Source of the DNA: Phycisphaerae bacterium
GTDB taxonomy: Bacteria; Planctomycetota; Phycisphaerae; UBA1845; Fen-1342
Reading direction: 5' to 3'
DNA length: 64,000 bases
Assembly: GCA_963675745.2 (NCBI GenBank)
Contig: CAXXWX010000001.1
Coordinates: 1-64,000, forward strand
Each line of letters opens with the position of its first letter. Within the stretch, counting starts at the first letter, position 1. This document shows, piece after piece, positions 1-10,165 of the stretch. Both the position numbers and the translations under genes were made by a program. Below the pieces are notes generated by a model, which ran no database searches, was not told where the DNA came from, and saw only the letters and a list, made by a program, of their open reading frames with translations.

Positions 1-1
1 A

Positions 2-301
2 TTGCAACGACATGATCCAATCGGCCTGGCGCCGGGCGACGTCAATGCAATCGCGCCGGCCCACCCGTTTGCCATAGTCGATCAGCGTCTCGATGATGTA
101 GCCGGTGGTCTCAGGATAGGGCCAATACCACCCGCGCAGCGGGCGAATCCAGCGCGAGTAATAAACCGCCGACCCGCGCCCGCCGCAGGCCCTGATCGAT
201 CGCAACAGCCACTCGATGGCGGCCGCGGCGCATTCGCGCGCCCGTCGTTGAAACGCGGTCGGCGCGCCGGCCACGTGTGACGGTGTCGATTCATCACTCA
301 C
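2..301 (-). CDS. N-terminal part (runs off the window) of a polysaccharide-locus protein with a YPETTGYII motif, probably an (alpha/alpha)-barrel; not in the ORF track
   Basis: Manual translation from GTG at 301: MSDESTPSH...AAAIEWLLRS...GWYWPYPETTGYIIETLIDY...RQADWIMSLQ. Open to the window edge and co-oriented with the operon. Confidence 0.7.
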   Translation of the reverse strand, partial: MSDESTPSHVAGAPTAFQRRARECAAAAIEWLLRSIRACGGRGSAVYYSRWIRPLRGWYWPYPETTGYIIETLIDYGKRVGRRDCIDVARRQADWIMSLQ

Positions 302-337
302 GATATCGGCCCCATGCGACAATGATCGCCCGTCGCA

Positions 338-2504
338 CTACAGCGTGAGCCCCAACTTCTCGGCGTACTCCTTGTTAACCCCGACAGTGCGGCCTTCCTG
401 GGCGGCCGTCATCGCGGCGAACGTGGCAAGCGTGATATTGACCAGCTCCTCCAGTGGAATCAGGGGATCGCCGCCCTGGCTGACGCGCTCGATAAAGCGG
501 GCGAACTCGACGGCGTGCCCCTTGTCCTGGCGCGATGTCTTGAAGCTCGAAAAGCCCTTAACGCCAAAACCGCTCGTCTTGCGGAAATTGTCCAGCTTGA
601 ACACGCGGCCCTCGCTGAACACTTCGAGCTGTTCCTTCGGATATGACTTGGGCCCGTTGGCGAAGTAGTTGACGGTGCCGATCGAACCATCTTCGAATCC
701 GAGCGAAATCGACATCTTGTCGTCCCGGATCGCCACACCCTCGCCAACACGATGCGCGGCAACCGTGCGAACCTTGCTCCCCGCGAGAAACGCCAACAGG
801 TCAATGAAGTGGCAGGCCTCGCCGATGATACGCCCGCCGCCGCGCACCGGGTCCTGCGCCCAATGATCCGGCGGGATGAATCCGGCATTGACCGTCATGT
901 TCAGCGCCAGGGGTTCGCTGCGTCCGACCAGCAGTTCGGCGAGCTTCTCGGTGTGCGGACTGTAGCGGCGGTTGAAGCCGACCATGACCTGTCGATCCGG
1001 GTGGGCCCGGGCGGCTTCCAGCACCTGGCCGACCTCGGCGACATTCATGGCCAGCGGCTTCTCGGTGAATACATGTTTACCCGCCGCCAGCCCCTCGCAG
1101 ACAAAACGCGCGTGCAGATTGTGACCCACGGCGATAAGGACCGCGTCAATCCGCGAATCCTGCAACATCAGCTTGTAATCGGTGACCGCTTCGGTGACGT
1201 TGAACTTGACCGCCGCCTGGCGCGCCAGGGCGGCGTTCAAATCCGCCACGTACTTGACCTGGGCACCGGCCTTGGCCAGTCCCGGCAGCATGGCAGCCTT
1301 GGCGAACGCCCCGGCGCCGATCACTCCGACCACCGGCTGGCCGGCGGCGGCGCTGGCGGTCTGCGACACGGTGATCCGAGGGGCGCGGTCAACCTCGCCC
1401 GGAAACTCGATCACGACCCCGAGCGCGTTGCCATCATCAGTGATCGTGTTGTAGGCCTCCTGGCCCTGCTCCAGCGGATAGCGGTGGCTGATGAGATCGT
1501 TGACCTTGAGGCGTTGCGTGTTGATCAGGCCCAGGATCGCCTCCATATTCCGCTGCTCGGTCCAACGCACATAGCCATATGGATAATCCTGCCCGCCCTG
1601 CTCATAGGCTTCATCGTATCGACCCCGGGCCGTATGAGCACGAAACCTGGAACGTAAGCTCCTTGTGATAAAAATCGGCGCGGCGCAGACTCAGGCCGAC
1701 CACGCCGACCAGCACGAGACGCGCGCGTTTGCGACACATCTCGGCCGCCTGGTGCATGATTTCGTCGGTCTTGGCCGCGGCGGTGATCAGCACGCCGTCC
1801 GCGCCGCGACCGTTGGTCCAGGCCTGGGCGGCGGTAATCGGCCCCTGCCCGGCACCACCCGGCGTGACCATCGCCCCCATCTTCTCGGCGAGCTTTAGTC
1901 GCTCGCGATTGACATCGACTCCCAGCACTTCACAACCGTTGGCACGCAGCAATTGCACACATACCAGCCCGATCAAGCCCAGGCCGAACACCACATAACG
2001 CTCACCCAGCGTCGGTTCCAGCAGGCGCACTCCCTGCAAGCCGATGCTGGACAGCACCGTGAAGGTGGCGTCCTCGTCGCGAACACCATCGGGGATTTTC
2101 GCGCAGAGGTGCTTGGGAATGCAGACGATCTCGGCGTGCGAGCCGTTGCTGGCCACGCGGTCACCGGGCGCATACCCACTCACGCCCGCGCCGACTTCCA
2201 ACACGCGTCCGACGTTGCAGTAACCCAGCGGCATGGGCTCATCCAGCCGCGCGAAGACCGTTTCGAGCGTGGGCATCAGCCCGTCGGTTTTGATCTTGTC
2301 GAGTACCTGCTTGACCTTGTCCGGCTGCGAGCGGGCCTTGGCGATCCAATTCGCGCGGCCGAACTGCACCATCGAACGCTCGGTGCCAGAGGAGATCAGC
2401 GAGCGCGTGGTTTCGATTAGCAGGTGTCCCGGACGCGCCTGGGGACTGGGAAGATCGGCCAACTCGATTTCGCCACTACGTAGATGCTGTTGAATCAATC
2501 TCAC
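338..2504 (-). pseudogene. Bi-domain oxidoreductase (Zn-type alcohol dehydrogenase-like plus Gfo/Idh/MocA) split by a +1 frameshift (real or sequencing error)
   Basis: ORFs 1611..2504 and 338..1570 join if one C of the C4 run at 1623-1626 is removed. This restores SCSYGPGRYDEAYEQGGQDYPYGYVRWTEQRN. GLGLIG and GAGAFA Rossmann motifs and EKP are present. Confidence 0.85.
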
Positions 2505-2564
2505 CGAAGTGCTCCCATTCGACCCGCGCGCCGAACCTCAGCCAAACCCGCGCAGGCATGCTGC

Positions 2565-3983
2565 CTAGGCCGGCGGCGCGACGTTCGCATACCGGTCCTT
2601 GAAGATGGTCGAGACAATCTGTCGAAACTTGCCGTTGGCGGTGCGCGGAATCTCCTCCACGTACTCGATCTCAATCTCGATCTTGTCACCCAAATAGCTG
2701 CGCATGTCGTGCAGCAGCCGCTCCTCATCCGCCGTCGAATAGCTCGGCGTGCGCACCAGCTTCACCGTGACCGACTCGATACGCTCCTGCACCAGTTGCG
2801 CCTCTTCGATGTTGGCGCTGTCTTTGAAAAGGAAATCCAGGCGGCCGAGCTGACGACCGTCAGGGGTGAGGATGTACGACTCAATGCGCCCGTCAACCCG
2901 GGCCACGGTCGGCGCCGCGCGCCCGCATGCACACGCGCCCGTATCCGGCGAGATTGTGGCCACGTCGCCAATGTTGTAGCGGATCAGCGGCATAATCGGA
3001 TTGCGGAATCCCGTGCAGATGATCCGCCGCAAATCACTCGGCCCATCATCTAGCGGGAGCAACTCGATCGCCCCGAACTCGGTGTCCACATGATAAACAT
3101 GGCGCTCGCACTCGCTGATGTTCCCGCAGCCTTCGGAAGCCCCGTACTGGTCGGCCACCTCGGTTTGCAGTGTCTCCTCGATCACGCGGCGCTGATGTGG
3201 CAGGAGCGTCTCGGCGCCGGTGGCGGTTATGCGCGGCGGATGCGGCAGGCGCCGGTTGTTTTCGCGCATCCAGACCGCCAGCAGATATAACCCGGACGGA
3301 TATCCGGCGTAGTACACCACCCGTCGCTTTTCGAGGTAATCCAGCAACTGCGGCAGCGTCCGATCCATCATGTGGTGGATACTGACGTACGTCTGGTGCA
3401 TGATCCGGTTGCGCCGCCAGATCGGGCCGGAGGTTTGCGCCAGCGGCACCACGGAGCGGCCCGCAATGGCCACGAACTCGTCGTCGAGCTTCAGCCCGAA
3501 GCGTTGGCGGTGCCGCCACCAGACGGCCCACTGCCACTGAAGCGAGTCGCGATCAGAGACGAGCTTGAGCGCGGTGCCGGTGGTGCCGCCGGTCTTGTTC
3601 GGCAACCACCGTTTGCGCGGCCACGAGTGATCGAGCAGGTCATTGAAGCGCTCGCGCACGGTGCGCTTCTCCAGCACGGGCAGCTTGGGCAGATCGGCCA
3701 CGCCACGGATGTCGTCGGGCCGCAGACGCCGGGCATCCATGACTTCGCGGTAATACCGGATATTGTCGTAGGCATGCCGGATGATGCGCCGCACCTCTTC
3801 ATCCTGATAGGCCTGCTGCTCCGCCAGCGACCACCACTGAGACTTTTCGAGTTGGGTCAGCGTTTCGTGAAACACGCGTCCGAAGCGACCCCGGCGCATG
3901 CCGAATCCGGCCAGCGTGCAGGCCACGTTCTGCAGCCAGATCGGCATCCGGGCGTAGATTTTGAAAGCGCGTGATTCAGCCAT
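2565..3983 (-). CDS. Phenylacetate-CoA ligase family (CapK-like) adenylate-forming protein
   Basis: TGGTTG P-loop, DQYGASE, MPLIRYNIGD, GKFR; located in a polysaccharide locus. Confidence 0.85.
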   Translation of the reverse strand: MAESRAFKIYARMPIWLQNVACTLAGFGMRRGRFGRVFHETLTQLEKSQWWSLAEQQAYQDEEVRRIIRHAYDNIRYYREVMDARRLRPDDIRGVADLPKLPVLEKRTVRERFNDLLDHSWPRKRWLPNKTGGTTGTALKLVSDRDSLQWQWAVWWRHRQRFGLKLDDEFVAIAGRSVVPLAQTSGPIWRRNRIMHQTYVSIHHMMDRTLPQLLDYLEKRRVVYYAGYPSGLYLLAVWMRENNRRLPHPPRITATGAETLLPHQRRVIEETLQTEVADQYGASEGCGNISECERHVYHVDTEFGAIELLPLDDGPSDLRRIICTGFRNPIMPLIRYNIGDVATISPDTGACACGRAAPTVARVDGRIESYILTPDGRQLGRLDFLFKDSANIEEAQLVQERIESVTVKLVRTPSYSTADEERLLHDMRSYLGDKIEIEIEYVEEIPRTANGKFRQIVSTIFKDRYANVAPPA

Positions 3984-5097
3984 CGGTTGATGACTCCCGG
4001 GTGGGCCGGCTGCGCCGTCCGAATATGCTCGTCAGCATCAACCAGCCACCCTGCAAGGATTCCTTTCGAACTCGGTGTAGATTCATCGCGTAATGCAGCA
4101 CGCGCCCGACGGCGCGGCGACGCACATAACGCTTCCATTCCCGGTCGTAGTCCGCCGCGCCGAGCGGCTTCGTGCGCGCTTCGATCTCGCGACGGCGCCG
4201 GTCGGAATCGTCAATCTCGATACGCTCGCCGACGGTTCGCGTGTGTACCACGTCAAACGCGGAAACGCCAGCCCGGTCCAACCGTAGCACCAGCACCATA
4301 CCGGCCTTGTCCTCCCGCGTGAAACGCGCCGGCGCCCCCCGATCCTGATAAGTCGCAAAGGCGAAATTACCCAGGCTGTATGCGATGAGCCGCCGCTGGC
4401 ACTGCAATACCGCTTGCACGACGTGACTGTGCGACCCGACAACCGCTGTAGCGCCCGCCGCCAGCAGCCGGTTGGCGTGTGCAGTTTGCTCTGGCGTCGG
4501 CAACTTGTATCCGCAGTAACCCCAGTGCGGCAGGACAATGACGGCGTCGACGCGCTCGGCGAGTTCGCGCACCTGCCGCTCGGCCAGTTCAATCTCCCAC
4601 GGCGCGCATCCGTAGTCGCTCTCAGTCGCGCAGCGCGTCTGCACAAACGCCGATGAATACGCCAGCAGCCCGATACGCAGACCGCCGCGTTCGACCACCA
4701 GCGGCCGCGTCGCGACAGTTAGGTTCTCACCGGCGCCCAGATGCTCGATGCCGGCGTCATCGAGCGCCGCGCGTGTGTCGGCGAAGCCATCCCAGCCCTG
4801 GTCAAACACGTGGTTATTTGCCAGCGAGACGATATCGACGCCGTTGTCGCGCAAGTGCCCGGCCGCCCGCGGCGCCGCCCGCAGGCAGATTTTGCCGTCA
4901 ACAGGATTGTGGCGCGCGGTGATTGGACCTTCCTGGTTCGCGATCACCAGGTCGGCGTTATCCAGCAACGCGCGCAGCTCGGGCGAAAGTTCATGCACCA
5001 CGGGATCGCCGAGGTACACATCGCCGAGCAGCGCGACGGTGGCTTCGCCCCCCGTGCCGCGCTCAGCCGTGTCCACTTGTCGATCGCTCTGCGCCAC
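3976..5097 (-). CDS. CapA/PGA_cap family metallophosphoesterase
   Basis: GDVYL, ANQE, LANNHVFDQG, HWG, GSHSH and YSLGNF motifs. Confidence 0.88.
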   Translation of the reverse strand: MAQSDRQVDTAERGTGGEATVALLGDVYLGDPVVHELSPELRALLDNADLVIANQEGPITARHNPVDGKICLRAAPRAAGHLRDNGVDIVSLANNHVFDQGWDGFADTRAALDDAGIEHLGAGENLTVATRPLVVERGGLRIGLLAYSSAFVQTRCATESDYGCAPWEIELAERQVRELAERVDAVIVLPHWGYCGYKLPTPEQTAHANRLLAAGATAVVGSHSHVVQAVLQCQRRLIAYSLGNFAFATYQDRGAPARFTREDKAGMVLVLRLDRAGVSAFDVVHTRTVGERIEIDDSDRRRREIEARTKPLGAADYDREWKRYVRRRAVGRVLHYAMNLHRVRKESLQGGWLMLTSIFGRRSRPTRESSTDG

Positions 5098-6219
5098 TCA
5101 CCCGCCTCCAGCCGTGGCCGCATCTTCCATTGCCTGCTGCATCGCTCGCGCCGAGTCGACCCAGTGGAAACGGCTGATGCGCTCCCGTCCACGTTCGATC
5201 AGCATCGCGCGCGCCTCCTGATCGCGCTGGCAGCGCAGGACGCCCTCGGCGAACCCACCCACGTCTCTCGGCGCCACCAGAATGGCCGCGTCGCCGACCA
5301 CTTCCGGAATCGCCGTACAATCCGTCGCCACCACCGGACAAGACCGGCACATCGCTTCGAGCGGCGGAATGCCAAAGCCCTCCATGACGGAGGGATAAAT
5401 CAGGCAAACGGCCTCGCGCATGGCATCGTCGAGTTGGCTCTGATTCAGGTAGCCTACGTACTCGACGCGGTCCGCCACCTTCAGCTCCGCGGCGAGCCGC
5501 CGCCAGGGCTCAAAGTTGAGCTGGCCGGCGACTTTCAACTGCCAGTCTGTCTCCGGCGCGCGTCGCACCAACTCGGCGAGCGTGCGGATCAGCGTATCGT
5601 TGCCCTTATGCGCACCACCGGCCTGAAGGGCGAGCAGCAAGGGTCGTCCGGCCCAGCGCGCGGGCTGTTTGGCCGCGGCGTGAAGCTCGGATGGCAGGCC
5701 ATTGTAGACCACGCGGTTGCGCGGCGCCGAGGACGGCACGCACTTTTCCGCCTCGCGGCGCATGAACTCCGAGATGAACGTGTTGATACGCGCCCGTTTC
5801 AGCGCGCGCCAAGCCGCCAGGTCGCGGGGCAGGTGCCGACGGCCGCGACGCAGGCTCTGCCAAAGCGTCTTGGCCTGAAATCGATCAAGATTCTGATGAT
5901 GCACCACGGCGGGCACAGTGCAGCGGCCCACCAGCGAATTCGTACAGAAGACCACATCCGCGCCTTGACGATGGATGAGCGGCCCCAGCGCCCATTGCTG
6001 CGCAATGAAGTGCCGATACGGCCGGCGGCCAACCGCGAACGGCACGATCCGAATGTCCGGCCGCGCTTCACGAACCGCGTCCATCACCGGGGGCCGCGAA
6101 GCGTAGACGGTCAGGTCAAGCGGCGCGCCGAGTTCGCGCCAACCCTCCAGCAGGCCGAGCATGACCGTCAGCCCCCCACCGGGAGACGCCGAAACCGCGT
6201 TGTATGCAACGCGAATCAT
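5098..6219 (-). CDS. Glycosyltransferase family 4
   Basis: HKG and PSVMEGFGIPPLEAM (E-x7-E); start MIRVAY overlaps the flippase stop (ATGA). Confidence 0.9.
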   Translation of the reverse strand: MIRVAYNAVSASPGGGLTVMLGLLEGWRELGAPLDLTVYASRPPVMDAVREARPDIRIVPFAVGRRPYRHFIAQQWALGPLIHRQGADVVFCTNSLVGRCTVPAVVHHQNLDRFQAKTLWQSLRRGRRHLPRDLAAWRALKRARINTFISEFMRREAEKCVPSSAPRNRVVYNGLPSELHAAAKQPARWAGRPLLLALQAGGAHKGNDTLIRTLAELVRRAPETDWQLKVAGQLNFEPWRRLAAELKVADRVEYVGYLNQSQLDDAMREAVCLIYPSVMEGFGIPPLEAMCRSCPVVATDCTAIPEVVGDAAILVAPRDVGGFAEGVLRCQRDQEARAMLIERGRERISRFHWVDSARAMQQAMEDAATAGGG

Positions 6220-7574
6220 ATCCGCTCCTGCGCGGCGGCGACGCGGGCCGCGATCAGCCGCTGCCGATTGCGCCACACGAGCCACGCGGCGCCGTTCGGA
6301 CCAAACGAGAGCAAGGCTATGTACAGCAGACCGGGTACGAGGATGCCGACAGCCGCGCCGAACAGGTTGCCATACAACCGCAGGAACAGCCATACGGCTG
6401 GAACCGTGACGATCGCCCCCAGCGCGCGAACCGCAAACGATGTTGTCATCGCATGGTGCACCTCAAAGAACTGCTGCAACAGGAACCCGCCGTTCTGCAC
6501 GAAGCGGCCGGCGGCCAGTGCAAAGATCGTTATTGCCGTGAGCTGGTACTCACTGCTGGTCAACAGCGTCATGAGACGCGGACCAAACACGAGGTACACG
6601 ATCAGCATCAGGCCGCCGAACACGCCGTAGACCAGCAGTCCGCCGAGCAGCACCTTGTCCGCGGACCAGATCTGGGCCGGGTCGTTGATATCGCGCGCGC
6701 GCTGATAGGCAATCGGCTTGATGAGACTATCCAGCGTCATCTGGAAAAACATATACGGTACGCCGCAGACTTGGAAGGCGGCGACGTAAAGACCGGCCTC
6801 GGCGCGGCCCAGCTCGAATGCGACGAGATAACGGTCCGTGAAACCCTGGATCCACTGTAGCACCAGCAGCGCGGTAAACGGCACGCCGAACGAACGTACC
6901 ACCGGCCAATAGGTACACGGCGCCGTGTCGGGCAGCGCGCTGTGGCGGCGCAGGAACGGTCCGGTGGCCACCACGACCAGAGCCAGCGTCGCGACGCAAT
7001 TGCCCCAGAACGCCAGCGCGGCGGTTGGCCGCAGGAAATACACAAATGCGATCATCGCCGCCGCGCTGCTGAGCTGCCAGGCGCTCGCGTTCAGCGCGAA
7101 GGAGCGCCGGTCTCGGCGCAGATTGTGAACCTCCAGCGTGAGCTGCCGCCAGCGGTTCAGCACGGTGAACACGCCGGCCGCCATGGCGGTTGTGAGACCG
7201 ATGCCGCACATCCATGCCAGCGGTACCGTTCCCACAACACACAGCGCGAGCAAGCCGGCCGACGTCAGCCAGTAGATGCGCACCACAATGGCCGTGGTCG
7301 CGCGCAGTTCGCCCCGCTCCTCGGCCCGGTGGTAGTGTCGCAGGTAGCTGCGCAGGAAGGACGACCATATCAGAAACGCGACGAGGTTCATGGTCGACAA
7401 CGCCAGGCCGTACTCGCCATACTCGGCCTTGCCGAGCAGCGTCGTCAACACCTTCAGCGTTACAAACAGGACCACGAAATCAACGGCGCGATTGCCCAGA
7501 ATCCATCCGAGTTCGCGACGCACGCGCGCATTGTCAGCGAGCTTTAGAACGGCATCCAATCCGCGCTTTAACAA
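6216..7574 (-). CDS. Wzx-like oligosaccharide flippase
   Basis: Many TM segments; LGKAEYGEY and TDRYLV...AGLYVAA motifs typical of MOP/PST exporters. Confidence 0.85.
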   Translation of the reverse strand: MLKRGLDAVLKLADNARVRRELGWILGNRAVDFVVLFVTLKVLTTLLGKAEYGEYGLALSTMNLVAFLIWSSFLRSYLRHYHRAEERGELRATTAIVVRIYWLTSAGLLALCVVGTVPLAWMCGIGLTTAMAAGVFTVLNRWRQLTLEVHNLRRDRRSFALNASAWQLSSAAAMIAFVYFLRPTAALAFWGNCVATLALVVVATGPFLRRHSALPDTAPCTYWPVVRSFGVPFTALLVLQWIQGFTDRYLVAFELGRAEAGLYVAAFQVCGVPYMFFQMTLDSLIKPIAYQRARDINDPAQIWSADKVLLGGLLVYGVFGGLMLIVYLVFGPRLMTLLTSSEYQLTAITIFALAAGRFVQNGGFLLQQFFEVHHAMTTSFAVRALGAIVTVPAVWLFLRLYGNLFGAAVGILVPGLLYIALLSFGPNGAAWLVWRNRQRLIAARVAAAQERI

Positions 7575-9088
7575 TGTGGCGCCTCACGACTTCCAAGCCC
7601 TTGCGAAGGGGGCTCCGTGACCATCGCCGGTGGTGCTGTGCCAGCCCCTCGCGCGGCGCTACGCAACGCCAACAACCCTTGGGCGCGCCGCACATGGCGG
7701 TCTCTCGAACTGACATTCCCGAGTTGGCGCTCGGTGCCGACGCGGGCGCCGTTGATCGCGCCGATCAGCACGACAAAGAAGAACAACTGGAACGATCCGA
7801 TCCCGGTCATCCAGCCCTCCACGAGCCCGTTGGCCAGAAAGGTGAGCATAAGGGCTCCCAGAAGAACGGGCGGCGCCTGCGAGAGCTTCATCGTACGGTA
7901 GAGGCGGCGCAGCCGCCACGCATCTCCCAGCGTCAGGAGACACACGATCCCGAACAGGACGAGCCCGACTAGCCCCAGGTCAATCCCGAATTTGACGTAG
8001 CTGTTGTGGATCGGTAGCCGCTCGGATCCCGGGACAAACGCGTACAAGTCAGCATAGCCCCATCCGTGGCCGATGAGGGGCCGCTGCCACATCACCCGGA
8101 GACCGAACATCGTGTGGGACATGCGGTCGGTGATATCCATTCCGCGGGCCGTGGTCAGGCGCTCTTTCGCTTCAAACCCCATGAAGTGATTAACGAGCAA
8201 CAGCGCGCCGACACCGACCACGCCCCCGATGATCCAGAACCCGATTCTCCGCCGGCCGAGCAGCATGATCGCTCCCAACATCGGGGCCAGGCCGACCATG
8301 CCGGCGCGCGATCCGGTCAGTACGATAACCGTCACCCAGAAGCCGATGGCGAATGGACCAACGGCATTCATCCACCGCGGCACTCCCACCGACAACCAAG
8401 CCCAGATCGCAGGAGCGAGGCAGATCGTCGCGATGATCACCATCGCGTTGGCGTTCCTGGCGAATCCGCGAAAGCGGCCGCCGGAGAACATGAGCCCGGG
8501 CCTGGTCGCCACGACGAGCATGATCAGCGCCGCGGTAAAGAGCATGAACCAGAAGAACATCTTGAAGAAGTGTTGTTGCCGCGCGTACGAATCGTTGAAG
8601 TGACAGGCCACGAGCGCGCACGCGACGATCAAAGCAAACGCCCCGGCTCGTTGAAAGGCGACGGCATTGACCGAGAACATGGCGCTAACAATCGCCAGGG
8701 CGACCAACAGATAGAGCACGCGCATCGCGCCCCCCGAGCGCACTCGCCCCATCACCAGAAACGTCACGCCGACCATCGCCGTCAAGATCATCACTAGGTA
8801 GCGGATCGCCGATGCCACGGAGAGGACCGGCGTGGGTAGCGCCGGAACTTCGCTGAGTGCAGCCCCACCGGCGATGTCGCTCCGTTCGGCCCCCGCGGCC
8901 ACGGTCGCGACCAACAGATAAACCCACACCAGCAGCGGTGGCCCCGAACGTGAGAGTAACAAGATAATGGAGCCGACGATCACGGCGGTCATGATCATCA
9001 GGGCCCCGCCGACGCCCGCCGTGCCGGTCAGCAACAGCCAGTAGTAATCGATTCCCACGGGTGTATCTCGCTCTAACCGCGGTGCCAC
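7568..9088 (-). CDS. O-antigen ligase / Wzy-like polymerase
   Basis: Polytopic membrane protein with NAN, TGSRAG, R...PLIGHGWG and HNSY...GLVG motifs. Confidence 0.85.
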   Translation of the reverse strand: MAPRLERDTPVGIDYYWLLLTGTAGVGGALMIMTAVIVGSIILLLSRSGPPLLVWVYLLVATVAAGAERSDIAGGAALSEVPALPTPVLSVASAIRYLVMILTAMVGVTFLVMGRVRSGGAMRVLYLLVALAIVSAMFSVNAVAFQRAGAFALIVACALVACHFNDSYARQQHFFKMFFWFMLFTAALIMLVVATRPGLMFSGGRFRGFARNANAMVIIATICLAPAIWAWLSVGVPRWMNAVGPFAIGFWVTVIVLTGSRAGMVGLAPMLGAIMLLGRRRIGFWIIGGVVGVGALLLVNHFMGFEAKERLTTARGMDITDRMSHTMFGLRVMWQRPLIGHGWGYADLYAFVPGSERLPIHNSYVKFGIDLGLVGLVLFGIVCLLTLGDAWRLRRLYRTMKLSQAPPVLLGALMLTFLANGLVEGWMTGIGSFQLFFFVVLIGAINGARVGTERQLGNVSSRDRHVRRAQGLLALRSAARGAGTAPPAMVTEPPSQGLGSREAPHC

Positions 9089-9150
9089 ATGTCAACACGG
9101 CTGATCGCCACGCGTCTTGGCGCAGGGCCCGCTCCGTGTTCTGCCGTTGC

Positions 9151-10158
9151 CTAGCCACCTTCCGATGCTTGCGTGTCGCGCGCTGGGCGCGCGCGCTCTT
9201 CCGCTCGCCGTGCGCGCTCGAGCAGTTTCTCGCCCAGTGTGCGAGATGATTCTCGCTCGCTGCGCGCAATGATGTATTCAGCCAATCGTCGCGCGTCGGC
9301 CGGGCGGTGGTATTCCGTCCCGACGGCAGTCAGGTAGAGATCTGCGAGCCCCACGTTCAGGAGCAGGTTTTGCGGATCCCGTCTCAGCGCATCGGTTAAC
9401 GTAACGTACGCCAAGCCGAATGCTCCGGTTCGCCGCTGGCACAGGGCTATCCTATAGATTGCCTGGATTTCCAGACCCAGCGGGCGAAATCGAGCCGCCG
9501 CCCGGTAGTGGGCGATGGCCTCCGTGAGTTGGCCCTGCCGTTCGCACGCGGCCCCCCGCCTGGCCTGTTCTGCGGCGTGAACCTGGACGGCGCCCAGCAT
9601 GATCACCGGCATCAGCGGGATCAGGTTGGCCAGCGCGCGCGCCTGAAACGCCGCACGCCACGGCTTGCGTCCTCGCGCATGACGCATGCGGAGGATACCA
9701 ATAGCAATCCCCAGACCGGCCAGCGGCAAGAACACCAGACACTCCGCGCGCAGACGCTGCGCCGCGGTGTCACCCGTGATCGGCAGCCACCGCGCGCCGA
9801 TCAAGCCGCGTCCGAAGGGCCACAGCAAGGGTATGCCGCCGTCGAGCGCATCGAGCAGCGTGTGCGACGCCAGCACCGACACCGCCACAATGAATACGAC
9901 AAGCCGTTTCTCGCGAAATCCGAAGCGGAGCAGGATCACGACCAAAACGCCGGTCACCAGCAGAGCTGGCACTCCCGCCAGAGCTGAATGCGGTCCAAAC
10001 CACCCGAGCAATCCGGCAAGCCACTCGGCGACGTCGGGTACGTACGCGAGCAGGACCAGCGCGCCAAACCAGCACGCGTTCAGCGCCGTGGAGCGCGGAA
10101 CGCCGACCGCGGCAGCCCCGGCCCCCAGACCCACAAGTCCATGCCCGATCTGCGGCAT
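9151..10158 (-). CDS. YdjM-like membrane metal-dependent hydrolase fused to C-terminal TPR-like helices
   Basis: GH...PD...HS...SHTLLDAL...GIPLLWPF followed by a helical TPR-like tail; start taken at MPQIGH. Confidence 0.6.
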   Translation of the reverse strand: MPQIGHGLVGLGAGAAAVGVPRSTALNACWFGALVLLAYVPDVAEWLAGLLGWFGPHSALAGVPALLVTGVLVVILLRFGFREKRLVVFIVAVSVLASHTLLDALDGGIPLLWPFGRGLIGARWLPITGDTAAQRLRAECLVFLPLAGLGIAIGILRMRHARGRKPWRAAFQARALANLIPLMPVIMLGAVQVHAAEQARRGAACERQGQLTEAIAHYRAAARFRPLGLEIQAIYRIALCQRRTGAFGLAYVTLTDALRRDPQNLLLNVGLADLYLTAVGTEYHRPADARRLAEYIIARSERESSRTLGEKLLERARRAEERARPARDTQASEGG

Positions 10159-10165
10159 AACGTGC

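Noticed and set aside
3976..5097. Poly-gamma-glutamate capsule synthesis
   Set aside because: Only a CapA-family domain is present; capB/capC are absent and the context is Wzx/Wzy.
4741..6630. Long antisense or alternative-frame ORFs (also 28447..30168, 32189..33451, 53609..54988, 60675..62594 and others)
   Set aside because: Shadow ORFs of high-GC genes; the opposite strand carries recognisable motifs.
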